From an uncultured Armatimonadetes bacterium (GTDB taxonomy: Bacteria; Armatimonadota; UBA5829; DTJY01): DNA of 64,000 nucleotides. Position numbers and translations under genes: made by a program. Below the pieces are notes generated by a model, which was given only the letters and a program-made list of their open reading frames with translations, was not told the DNA's origin and made no database searches. Shown in pieces: positions 48,939 through 58,048 of the stretch (the stretch's first letter is position 1; each line of letters begins with the position of its first letter). Location: the NCBI GenBank assembly GCA_963717145.1, contig OY970325.1:448001-512000 (forward strand), written 5' to 3'.

Positions 48939-50597
48939 ATGAGATTCACCGACATTTTGCTGCTTATACTGCTGGCCGGAAGCCTGATCGGTTCCGCCGG
49001 CGCTGAGAAGATCTACCTGAACCCCAGCGATCAGATCCACAACATGAGTCCCGACGGTACATACTGCGAGGCCGACGGTATGAAGGATGTCGGACGGAAG
49101 CTCGAGGCCAAGCTCAAGGCGCGCGGCTTCGAAGTCCAAAACTCGGACGGCGGGACGATGAGGGAAGCGTGCGACGCGGCCAACGCCTGGCCCGCGGACA
49201 TCTTCATCTCCCTGCACTCCAACGCCGCCGGAAGCAAGAACTCGGGCAAAGCGCACGGGACCAACACGCTCTACTACTTCCCGCGCGACGGTCGGGAGCC
49301 GAACCCGATCAGTATCAAGCTCGCCCTGCTCTGCGATGAGAAGGTCGTCGAGAAGATGACCACCTACGGACGCGGGCACAACTTTGCCGTCACCGCTGAC
49401 TTTCCGTTTCTGCCCTATAACCTCTATGTGCTGCGCAGGACGAACATGCCCGGCACGCTTGTCGAGGGCCTCTTCCACGACAACGAGGAAGACACCGCCG
49501 TGCTCAAGACCGAAGAGGGCAGGGATGCCTACGCCCAGGGCGTCTACGAGGCGCTCTGCGACTACTTCGGAAAGAGTTACTATCCGGATGCGCCGATCCT
49601 CGATCCCGTCGGCCCGGTGGCGAATGACTCGACCGGCAACCTCGCCCTCGTGGTTCGTGGTGAGAAGGGGAATGCGACGCTCGTCCGCCAGACCGGCATC
49701 AACGCCAGGTGGTCCGCCCAGTCGATCGACCTGGAGGGCAACATCTCTGGCGAACCCGTGATTGCTCGGAACCCTCAGGGCCGCCTGCATGTATTCGCTC
49801 AGGGCCCCGGAGGCCGTGTCTGGCACAAGGTTCAGGCAAAGGTCGGGAGCGATCGGTGGAACGGCTGGTATGACCTGAGAGGCACTGCGTCGGGTGATCC
49901 TGTTGTTGCCAGGTATGCCGATGGACGGCTCGTCGTCTTCGCGGTAGGTTCGGACGGCCATCTGCGGTACAAGGCTCAGCGCTCCGTGAACAGCGGACTG
50001 CAATGGGATGAGTGGAACGATCTCGGCGGACAGGTGATCGGAAAGCCGTCGGTCTGCCGTGGAGCGGACGGGCAACTGGTCGTCGCCTGCAGAGCGCCCG
50101 AGAGAGGCCTGATCGTTGCCACCCAATCGGGTGATGAATGGACGGTTCGGAACGATCAGGATGACGTCGTGGCTGGCGATCCAGTCGCGGTGATGGATCG
50201 GATCTTCTGCCTCGGACCGGATGGGCATGTCCTGAGCAGGACGGGAGCGGCCTGGCAGGATCTCGGCGGATCGTTCGTCGGGAGCCCGGTGGTCGGCGTC
50301 GGTACGGACGGGGTGCTCGAGGTCTTTGCGCTCGATGGTCAGGGCGCGGTTTCGCATAGCTCGCAGGGATCGGATGGCTCATGGACGGGCTGGCAGTCCC
50401 TCGGCGGCACATTCAGCAGCACTCCGATCGTTGGCAGGAACCTGGACGGCCGCATCGAACTGCTCGCGCGCGCGTCTGACGGGAAGATGCAGTACCGAAT
50501 CCAGCGCGAGCCCGGGAAGAGCGCCATCTGGGACGGCTGGTACACGGTCGGCGAGTACTTCACCGCCACGGTGAGGGAATATCCTGCGGCTCAGTGA
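48939..50597 (+). CDS. N-acetylmuramoyl-L-alanine amidase-like (Amidase_3) domain fused to PLL-lectin-like beta-propeller repeats
   Basis: IFISLHSNA, LYVLRRTNMPGTLVEGLFHDN; repeats such as PVIARNPQGRLHVFA...WNGWYDLRG. Confidence 0.8.
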   Translation: MRFTDILLLILLAGSLIGSAGAEKIYLNPSDQIHNMSPDGTYCEADGMKDVGRKLEAKLKARGFEVQNSDGGTMREACDAANAWPADIFISLHSNAAGSKNSGKAHGTNTLYYFPRDGREPNPISIKLALLCDEKVVEKMTTYGRGHNFAVTADFPFLPYNLYVLRRTNMPGTLVEGLFHDNEEDTAVLKTEEGRDAYAQGVYEALCDYFGKSYYPDAPILDPVGPVANDSTGNLALVVRGEKGNATLVRQTGINARWSAQSIDLEGNISGEPVIARNPQGRLHVFAQGPGGRVWHKVQAKVGSDRWNGWYDLRGTASGDPVVARYADGRLVVFAVGSDGHLRYKAQRSVNSGLQWDEWNDLGGQVIGKPSVCRGADGQLVVACRAPERGLIVATQSGDEWTVRNDQDDVVAGDPVAVMDRIFCLGPDGHVLSRTGAAWQDLGGSFVGSPVVGVGTDGVLEVFALDGQGAVSHSSQGSDGSWTGWQSLGGTFSSTPIVGRNLDGRIELLARASDGKMQYRIQREPGKSAIWDGWYTVGEYFTATVREYPAAQ

Positions 50598-50603
50598 GTG
50601 AGC

Positions 50604-50633
50604 GTTGGGGAGGGACTGCAGTCCCTCCCCAAC
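50604..50633. terminator. Perfect palindrome between convergent genes (terminator/REP-like)
   Basis: GTTGGGGAGGGACTGCAGTCCCTCCCCAAC. Confidence 0.6.
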
Positions 50634-50656
50634 TTCGGTCATTCAGCAGCAAACGC

Positions 50657-52165
50657 TCAGCTCTCCGGCACGTAACCGTCGGAGAAGCACTTGAGGAAAG
50701 CGACCAGCGCGTCGACCTCCTCGTCGGTAAGCCCGAGGTTGCCGTATCCTCCCGTGCGGAAGATGTTGGGATGATCAACTTCCGGCGGTCCCCATCCGGC
50801 CCCCGGAACGTCGCGAGTGTTGTAGAACTGGATTACGGTCTTCAGGTTGTCGAAGACTCCGTTGTGCATGTAAGGTGCTGTCTTGGCCACATTCCGAAGG
50901 GACGGGACCTTGAACTTGCCCAACTCCTCGTTCGCACCAAAGGTGCCACGCTGCATCAGCATTCCTCCGAGACCGAGGTCCACCCAGTCGAAGCCCCAGG
51001 GGTTTAGACTTCGATGCAGGGTGTAGAAAGGATTGTCCGGGTTCGCAGGTACTCCCACGTTGAAGTACCCGTGATTCGTGAAGAGGGGCATGCCGTTCCA
51101 CGTCCCACCGGGCGCGCAACCACAGTCACATCCCATGCCGCAGTTGCACACTCCGGTCCACGCGCATCCGCACGGGCAGTCTCCCTCGCAGACCTGCGGG
51201 GTGCTCGGGCATCCGCACTGGCAGCCCGGGCCGCACTTGCAGACGCCGGTGAACGCGCATCCGCAGGCGCACCCGCCTGCGCAGGTGTTCGCATCGGTCT
51301 GCAGGCATCCGCAGTCGCACCCGGGTCCGCAGGTGCAGACGCCGGTCACCGCGCATCCACACTTGCAGCCGTTCTCACAGGCGACTTGGCCCTTCTGCGG
51401 GCAACCGCAGGTGCAGCCCGGTCCGCATGTGCAAACGCCGGTATACACGCAGCCGCACTTGCATCCGCCGGAACACTCCCGACCCGTCGTGGTTCCGGTG
51501 AAGTGGCACATCGTGCAGCCGCCCTTGCCGTGGAAGATCATCATGCCCATGCGTTCCATCGGCGTGAAGTCCGCCTCTCCGGCCATGACGGCATCGACCT
51601 TCGCGGTGAAGGGGTTCACTTCCGACGACCGCTCGTAAGCCGCGATCGCATCCGCCATATGGTCGAAGGCGCGGTCAACCGATATGAGGGCGTAAGCGCC
51701 GTACACAGTTCGGAATAGCGGGGCATAGGACGCGCTCCTGACACTGTACACCGCGTACCTTTTGCCCGGATTGCTCATCTCAAGTGGATTCAGGAGCGGG
51801 CCCTTCGCCTGCTCCACGAGATTGCTCGCGCGGCCGTCCCAGAACGTGCCGCCGGCATATCCGCCGTTGTATTTCATAAGCTTCTGGGGGCCTCCAATTG
51901 CGTAGGAAGCCTGAGGTGAGTTCCGATTCCCGAACCGGTTCGTAAGCGCCCCCGCGGAGGTGGGGCAATCGGTTCGCGGATCCGCGAACCCCGTGGATGG
52001 CGAGTGGCAAGTCGCGCACGATACTTTCGCCGGCCTGGACAGGTCTGTGTCGAAGAAGAGCTGCTTACCGAGTTGTTCCTTCGGTGTCAAAGCTGCTCCG
52101 AGTGTTCCGGCGAGGATGAACGTGACCGCGATGGTCACGCAGAGGATGTTGAGAGCATTCCTCAT
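50657..52165 (-). CDS. Di-heme cytochrome c peroxidase (CCP/MauG family) with a Cys-rich insertion
   Basis: Signal peptide; LGKQLFFD, CATCH, RNSP, FWDGRA, CTMCH, FKVPSLRNVAKTAPYMHNG. Confidence 0.9.
   Translation of the reverse strand: MRNALNILCVTIAVTFILAGTLGAALTPKEQLGKQLFFDTDLSRPAKVSCATCHSPSTGFADPRTDCPTSAGALTNRFGNRNSPQASYAIGGPQKLMKYNGGYAGGTFWDGRASNLVEQAKGPLLNPLEMSNPGKRYAVYSVRSASYAPLFRTVYGAYALISVDRAFDHMADAIAAYERSSEVNPFTAKVDAVMAGEADFTPMERMGMMIFHGKGGCTMCHFTGTTTGRECSGGCKCGCVYTGVCTCGPGCTCGCPQKGQVACENGCKCGCAVTGVCTCGPGCDCGCLQTDANTCAGGCACGCAFTGVCKCGPGCQCGCPSTPQVCEGDCPCGCAWTGVCNCGMGCDCGCAPGGTWNGMPLFTNHGYFNVGVPANPDNPFYTLHRSLNPWGFDWVDLGLGGMLMQRGTFGANEELGKFKVPSLRNVAKTAPYMHNGVFDNLKTVIQFYNTRDVPGAGWGPPEVDHPNIFRTGGYGNLGLTDEEVDALVAFLKCFSDGYVPES
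51116..51475 (-). repeat. Four tandem 9-Cys repeats CxxxCxCGCxxTGVCxCGxGCxCGC
   Basis: Read from the translation; 36 Cys in ~120 aa. Confidence 0.92.
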
Positions 52166-52308
52166 CGAGTGGTCTCCTTTCCTGCAGATGATGAAGGGTA
52201 GTGCTTACCCCGCAGGCCGTTTACCCGTTTTGTGGAACGGACAAACGCTAAGGAGACCAGTAATCGCAGATTTCCATTGAGCGTGGAGAAGACACATGCG
52301 GAAGCGCG

Positions 52309-53088
52309 TTACTCGGCCACTAACTGGTGTTCCCTGGTGAAGAACTGCCGGTAGCTCCAAAGTGCGGCGGCGAGACTTGCCACGGTCACCGCGGCGGTGA
52401 TCATGTAGACGACCACGATCTGGTATCTCACCGCCTCGGTCGGCGACTGGCCTGCGATGATCTGCCCGGTCATCATCCCCGGCAGCGAGACTATGCCGAC
52501 GGTCATCATCGAGTTGATGTTGGGGATCATGGCTGCCTTTGCCGCCGCCTTGAGCGCGGGATCGGCGGCCTGGCGCGATGTCGCCCCGAGTGCGAGCGCG
52601 GTCTCGATCTGCAGCCGACGGAGCTTGATCTCCGCCGAGATTCGGTTCATCGCCAGCGACGCGCCGTTCATCGAGTTGCCGAGAATCATACCAGAGATAG
52701 GGATGACGTACCACGGAGACGCCTCGATGATCCCGAGCCCCACGAGGATCGCGAGCGTCCCGAGCCCTCCGATGCCGACCGACAGTACCGCGATCCACTT
52801 CGCGCCCGGGATGTCCTTCGACCGCTGAGCCGCGGTGTAGCCCGCGACGGCGGTCATCACGGCGAGGGTGAGCAGCACCCAGTACCACTTGTCGGCGCGG
52901 AATATTCCCTCGAGCACATATCCGACCGCCATGAGTTGCACGAGCGAGCGGATCGTGCCGACCAGCAGGTCCTTCTCCAGCCCGAGCCGTTCGAGCCGCG
53001 AGAGCACGACCGTGATGACGATCAGTACCAGCGCGACTCCGAGTTCCCCGTAGCTGATCTCCGCGTAGTTATGGGCGTCAACCATCAA
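52309..53088 (-). CDS. fetB: FetB/YbbM (UPF0014) ABC transporter permease
   Basis: RSLVQLMAVGYVL, IPISGMILGNSM, GIVSLPGMMTGQIIAG, AVRYQI. Confidence 0.85.
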   Translation of the reverse strand: MMVDAHNYAEISYGELGVALVLIVITVVLSRLERLGLEKDLLVGTIRSLVQLMAVGYVLEGIFRADKWYWVLLTLAVMTAVAGYTAAQRSKDIPGAKWIAVLSVGIGGLGTLAILVGLGIIEASPWYVIPISGMILGNSMNGASLAMNRISAEIKLRRLQIETALALGATSRQAADPALKAAAKAAMIPNINSMMTVGIVSLPGMMTGQIIAGQSPTEAVRYQIVVVYMITAAVTVASLAAALWSYRQFFTREHQLVAE

Positions 53089-53124
53089 CCATCCGCTCCC
53101 CCATCAACCATGAACCATCAGCCA

Positions 53125-53856
53125 TCAACCATTTCCCCCCAGCTTCCCCTCGATGAACATCCTCGCGGTCTCCGTCTGCGGATTGGCGAAGAACTCCTCC
53201 GTGATGCCCTCCTCGATATTCTTGCCGCCGACGAGAAGCATCGTCCGAGTGCCGATTCGCTCCGCCTGCTCCATGTCGTGCGTCACGAAGACGATCGTGA
53301 GCCCGTCGTCGCGGTTCATCTTGAGAGCCAGGTCCTCGATCTGAGTCTTGCTCGCGGGGTCGAGGGACGAGGTCGGCTCGTCCATGAGCAGGATTTCCGG
53401 GCCGGTTGCGAGCGTGCGGGCGATCGAGAGCCGCTGCTGTTCGCCGCCGGAAAGACTGCTCGCCGTCCGGGATGGGAAGTCCTCGGGCAGGCCGACTCGT
53501 CGAAGCAGTTCCGCTGAATCGATCTTGATCCCTGCGAGCTTGGCTCCGTACTGGAGGTTGTCATCCACTGTCCCGTCGAACACGACCGGTTTTTGGAAGA
53601 CCATCCCCGCGCGCCGACGAAGCGCCAGGACGTTCATCGACCGAGTCTCCGTCCCATCGAGCAGGATCCGGCCCGAGGTCGGATCGTCGAGGCGGTTGAT
53701 CAGCCGGAGGAGGGTGCTCTTTCCCGAGCCCGACGGGCCGAGGATCGTGAACACGTCGCCCGCCTGGACCGAGATCGAGACGTCGGACAGGATCGTGACG
53801 GGCTGTCCGCCGTTCGTCCGCTTGGTTATCGACTCCAGTCGCAGTCTTTCATCCAT
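53125..53856 (-). CDS. fetA: ABC transporter ATP-binding subunit (FetA/YbbL-like)
   Basis: GPSGSGKST, LSGGEQQR, LLMDEPTSSLD, VTH; adjacent to the fetB-like permease. Confidence 0.8.
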   Translation of the reverse strand: MDERLRLESITKRTNGGQPVTILSDVSISVQAGDVFTILGPSGSGKSTLLRLINRLDDPTSGRILLDGTETRSMNVLALRRRAGMVFQKPVVFDGTVDDNLQYGAKLAGIKIDSAELLRRVGLPEDFPSRTASSLSGGEQQRLSIARTLATGPEILLMDEPTSSLDPASKTQIEDLALKMNRDDGLTIVFVTHDMEQAERIGTRTMLLVGGKNIEEGITEEFFANPQTETARMFIEGKLGGNG

Positions 53857-53860
53857 TAGG

Positions 53861-55156
53861 CTACTTTGGTGCGCCGTCGGTGGTCGTGTCGGCCTTCTTG
53901 TCGATGACGAAGGTGTCGATCGGCGTGCCGTCCTGGTTCATGGTGCGCACGGTGAGCTTCATGTCGTTCACCTCGACGACGAGGTAGTTCGGCTGCTTCA
54001 GCGGGTTGAAGAAGAACGCGTCCCACGCCCGCTTGCTGAGGTTCTTGTAGGTCTTCTCGCCGCTCCTGCCGGTGACGAAGTAGATCGTCCCCTCCGAAGG
54101 TTTCGACATGTTCTTGCCATCATTGATCGGCCAGGTCCGACCGACGCCGTGATCGTGGCCGTTGAAGACGAGGTCGGCGTGATCCTTCTCCAGCGTCGGA
54201 CAGAATGCCGCCCGGAGTTCCTCGTTCGACCGACCGTCCTTCACCTCATAAGGCGCCTTGTGGAAGAATACGATCTTCCAAGTCGCGTTGGATGCCGAGA
54301 GGTCGGCGTCCAGCCATTCCTGGAGGGCGGGGAGGCCGTCGCCCTTCGCCTTCTCGCTGTCGAGCACGGTGAGATGGACGCGCCCGTAGTCGTAGGAGTA
54401 GACGCGGCTCTTCAGGCCCTCCGGCCCGTTCTGCGGCACGGGGAACTGCCTGGTCGTGTACGACGGCCCGCCTCCACCGGCGTACTCGTGGTTGCCCAGG
54501 ACCGGCATCTCGGGGATCGAGTCGATCACCCCCGTTGTCGCCGCGAACCAGCAGTTCCAGTGCTCGGCGCTCTGCCCGGTGTTGACCATATCGCCGACGT
54601 TCACCATGAACTTCGCGGTGGGATTCGCCTCGTAGGCGTTATGCACGGTCGTCCGCCACTTGCCGTAGGGCGCATCGCCGGATGTGCTGCTCTGACTGTC
54701 GCCGAAGACGAGGAACTTGAACGCGCGCGGCTTGGGAGCGGCGGTCGTGAAGCTGTGGGGCTCGCCCCACTGATCGCCATTGCCGACGCGGTACGTATAC
54801 TTCGTGTTCGGTGAGAGACCGGTGAGGGCTGCCGTGAAGAGCCGGTACTGCCCCTTGTCGGTGTCGAAGTCGGTCGCGGTCGCCTCTGCCTCCCTCCCGG
54901 AGAGACTGGATCCTCTCGTGTAGACGACTGCGCCCGATGTCGCGCCGGTATCGGTCCGCCAGGTGATCGTCATCGTCGTCGCCGGATCGCCGGTCCATGT
55001 GAGGGTGACGTGATCCTGGATGGCCGTCGTGGTCGCGCCGGGACTCCCAATCGTGACGGTAGTCGTATCCGTGCTCGCACTCGTGCGCTCGGACGAACCG
55101 ATCGGGGCGAGTGCCATCAGAAGGATCAGCGCTGTCCATACGTATATTCTTCTCAT
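53861..55156 (-). CDS. Purple acid phosphatase-like metallophosphoesterase with N-terminal FN3-like domain
   Basis: FGDSQ, VGDMV, LGNHE, FFH, NGHDH motifs; signal peptide. Confidence 0.88.
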   Translation of the reverse strand: MRRIYVWTALILLMALAPIGSSERTSASTDTTTVTIGSPGATTTAIQDHVTLTWTGDPATTMTITWRTDTGATSGAVVYTRGSSLSGREAEATATDFDTDKGQYRLFTAALTGLSPNTKYTYRVGNGDQWGEPHSFTTAAPKPRAFKFLVFGDSQSSTSGDAPYGKWRTTVHNAYEANPTAKFMVNVGDMVNTGQSAEHWNCWFAATTGVIDSIPEMPVLGNHEYAGGGGPSYTTRQFPVPQNGPEGLKSRVYSYDYGRVHLTVLDSEKAKGDGLPALQEWLDADLSASNATWKIVFFHKAPYEVKDGRSNEELRAAFCPTLEKDHADLVFNGHDHGVGRTWPINDGKNMSKPSEGTIYFVTGRSGEKTYKNLSKRAWDAFFFNPLKQPNYLVVEVNDMKLTVRTMNQDGTPIDTFVIDKKADTTTDGAPK

Positions 55157-55200
55157 CGATGCCTCCATTGTCACCACCGCTCGCCAACGACCTGGAATCT

Positions 55201-55980
55201 CTATGGAGCCCGGTTCCGGTCCAGTCTCCATATTCTCTTCTCCCATTCCTTCGGCAGCTTGGGGTCCAGCCTGATATCCAGCGACTGATGCTTCCCAGAG
55301 CCCGCGACTATCAGTTCTCCCAGCCGAAGATTCATGCTGTAGACGTCAAGCCGGTGCTCGTTCTGCTTTCTCAGCCCAATGTCCGCCAGGACGGCGAAGT
55401 TGGTGGCGATCTTCTTGGGGGATTGAGCGTCAAAGCGATAGGCCTCCACCATTGAACGATGCATACCCGACCCGAAGGAGTACACGTAGACCAGATCTTC
55501 ATTTGAGTCGCCGTTGATGTCGAAGACCCACATCTCCATCAGCCCCCATCCGCCGAATCCGACGCTCATCGGGTACGCTTTCCCGTCCTTCACCAGGTAT
55601 GCGTCAAACCCGCCGAGAGTCCATGCATTATCCCGTACTCGGAACACCTGAGCCCGTAGTCGCTGCCTGATCTCAGTGGTCGTGATCTCTTTGAGCTTGG
55701 GATGATCGTTGCGCGGGCACTGATCCTTGTGCGCATTGAGCCAAGCCGCTACCAGTCTCTCTGCCTGACTGACCGAGACTTCGTCGCTATGCTGGCTCTG
55801 TCGGGAAATGGGGCTGGTGAGGAGCAGTGCAGCGGCAACACCTATCGCAAGGAGTCCCACGGCAATCAAGATTCCGCTCCGTATTCCCCCATGGGTCGTC
55901 GCGTCGATGATCGGGTGTCGTCTCCGTGATAAGGAACCATCCGATGGTTTCATCTGCAGCCTCCGATGCGGGACCAGCAT
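55201..55980 (-). CDS. Membrane-anchored hypothetical protein (start uncertain)
   Basis: One TM segment followed by a DINGDSNEDLVY...GSGMHRS motif. Confidence 0.55.
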   Translation of the reverse strand: MLVPHRRLQMKPSDGSLSRRRHPIIDATTHGGIRSGILIAVGLLAIGVAAALLLTSPISRQSQHSDEVSVSQAERLVAAWLNAHKDQCPRNDHPKLKEITTTEIRQRLRAQVFRVRDNAWTLGGFDAYLVKDGKAYPMSVGFGGWGLMEMWVFDINGDSNEDLVYVYSFGSGMHRSMVEAYRFDAQSPKKIATNFAVLADIGLRKQNEHRLDVYSMNLRLGELIVAGSGKHQSLDIRLDPKLPKEWEKRIWRLDRNRAP

Positions 55981-56005
55981 ACTACAACCACGGACATCAC
56001 GTCCA

Positions 56006-58033
56006 TCAGTCCAGCAAAGGGATCTCGGCCTCTCCGCCTTCGGGGAGAGCGACGCGGAGCACCTTGCCTTCGATTCTGATCGATCGCGCGAGTGCAGCCG
56101 TCTTCTCCGGGGTGACCTCGACGAAAAGGACCGCGATCCTGCGCGCGACCTGATCGCCGGCCTTGAAGGTCTTCGGCTCGTCTGAAAATGAGCCGTAGAG
56201 GATATCCGCACAGACCGCCTGCGCATTATATCCGGCGGCCTGAATGTACGTCATGCCCGATCCCGCGACTGAGACGACGCCGAGCCGGCCCTCAACATTT
56301 GCCCATGAGCCGGGTATCGCGACGGGCTGCTGAGGCTTCGTCCAGTCGAAGATGGTCTCGCCGTCCTGATGATGGATCGTCCTCGTCCCGCCGCTCAACT
56401 CGTCATTCTCGATGCCGAACGGAACGCCGAGTTCTTTGGCCATCGTGACGTCGGACAGGGCGGTGACCGAGTCCTGGTAGATCACCGCCTTTTCGCCCAG
56501 GGAGGTGACCCTGAGTGTCTGCTTCAACCGATCCCCGTTCGTGAGCAGCACGGCATTCGTCTCGAAGCCGGTCCGCGTCTGCTTGGTAGAATTCTCTACG
56601 ACCTTCATCTTCGCATCATTCGGGCTCAGTTCGATGCCGCCGACGAGGCCATTGGTGATCGGCACGGTGAAATGCGGATTGCCCTGATGTCCCTCCCCGA
56701 TCGGTGCGAGCATCCCCATGATCCGATACTTCCAGGAGAAGGTGAAGAGCTTGCTGCCGGTGCGATGGAGGATGAACCCCACTGAGCTGTGCCTCTGAAC
56801 GACCGGTGGTTCGGCGATTGAACCCGGCGGAACAGACGGACCGAAGATCTTGTGCGCCAGGTAGCCGTATGTGGACTGCTCGGCGACAATCGCGTGCCTC
56901 GTGAACCCGAGGCGCGATCCCGGGACCGCAAGGTTCCCGTCCTGCATCTCCTGCCAGGTCCGGATTCTCTGGAGGACGATCCGCTCCATCCCTGAGGCAA
57001 ACGGGTCCCTCATGTACGTACCGAACGACGCCAGAAGGTTGATGTTCGGCAGGCCGTGCTGTTCCCAGTCCATGCCCTGGGGGAAGGCGCTCTCTCCGCA
57101 CGGGAGCATGATCGACCGGAGCAACTGCCAGGTGCCCGCGAGATGATAGGTCGCCGCCTGCGGGACGGGACGGCGCGCATAGGTGTAGTGCATCGCGGCC
57201 TGCGTGAGGAAGTAGGAGCTGCATTCGGTGTATGCCGGGTGGAAGAAGCCGTGGTTCTCCAGCGTGAAGTCGGGATGCAGGTTCGGCGAGGTGATCCATT
57301 CCCTGGCCGGACGTCCGTCTACCATCGTCTCGTCCCTCAGGTCCTTCGGCACCGACAGAGTATTCATCATATACTCGATCGCCTTTTCATGCCATGCCGA
57401 GGCGCGGGGATGATCGGGGAACATGTTAGTGGCGGCGGATATGCAGATCAGAGTCCAGCCGTTCTCCTCGGCCTTGGTGTCGTTCCATCGGCCTCCGGGC
57501 GGTCGGGTGGCGAGGAATCGATCTGCCTCGGAAGCGACGACGCGCTCGACGCCCTTCTGCAGCTCGGGATCGAGATCGTCCCAGATGAGCCACGCGCCGA
57601 ACGCCAGCGTGCCCGTCCACATCGCCGACTGCCAGTCTCCTCCCCAATGCTTGTCGTCGGTGCAGTTCTGAGTACCGGTGAGATGAGTGGCGGTGACGTA
57701 TCGAAGAGCTGCGGTCGTCTTCGCCATGAAGTCCCGGCGATCGGCGTCGCCGAGGTGGGAGTACTTGAGGAGCGCTCCGCACGCGAGCACCATCTCGCAA
57801 ATCGCGCGGATGCCTTCGTTCCCGCCGCTGATTCCCGTGCCCCAGTGGCCCGCGTTCGGATCGAACGTCGAGACGTGCCACTGATCGTCGGAATACCGGC
57901 ATGCATCGGTGATCACGCGCTCATAAGTGCGCAGCAACTCGCGCTCGGAGAGTGGGCGGATGTGATAGACATCCTCCGCGCGCGCGGCGACCGGCAGCAG
58001 TACAAGCAGGAAGAAGAACATCCAATAATTCAA
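56006..58033 (-). CDS. Secreted protein, probable alpha/alpha-barrel + beta-sandwich (polysaccharide-lyase-like)
   Basis: Signal peptide; WQSAMW, DTKAEEN, ENHGFFHPAY; family uncertain. Confidence 0.55.
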   Translation of the reverse strand: MNYWMFFFLLVLLPVAARAEDVYHIRPLSERELLRTYERVITDACRYSDDQWHVSTFDPNAGHWGTGISGGNEGIRAICEMVLACGALLKYSHLGDADRRDFMAKTTAALRYVTATHLTGTQNCTDDKHWGGDWQSAMWTGTLAFGAWLIWDDLDPELQKGVERVVASEADRFLATRPPGGRWNDTKAEENGWTLICISAATNMFPDHPRASAWHEKAIEYMMNTLSVPKDLRDETMVDGRPAREWITSPNLHPDFTLENHGFFHPAYTECSSYFLTQAAMHYTYARRPVPQAATYHLAGTWQLLRSIMLPCGESAFPQGMDWEQHGLPNINLLASFGTYMRDPFASGMERIVLQRIRTWQEMQDGNLAVPGSRLGFTRHAIVAEQSTYGYLAHKIFGPSVPPGSIAEPPVVQRHSSVGFILHRTGSKLFTFSWKYRIMGMLAPIGEGHQGNPHFTVPITNGLVGGIELSPNDAKMKVVENSTKQTRTGFETNAVLLTNGDRLKQTLRVTSLGEKAVIYQDSVTALSDVTMAKELGVPFGIENDELSGGTRTIHHQDGETIFDWTKPQQPVAIPGSWANVEGRLGVVSVAGSGMTYIQAAGYNAQAVCADILYGSFSDEPKTFKAGDQVARRIAVLFVEVTPEKTAALARSIRIEGKVLRVALPEGGEAEIPLLD

Positions 58034-58048
58034 TTCGCAGACTCCTTT

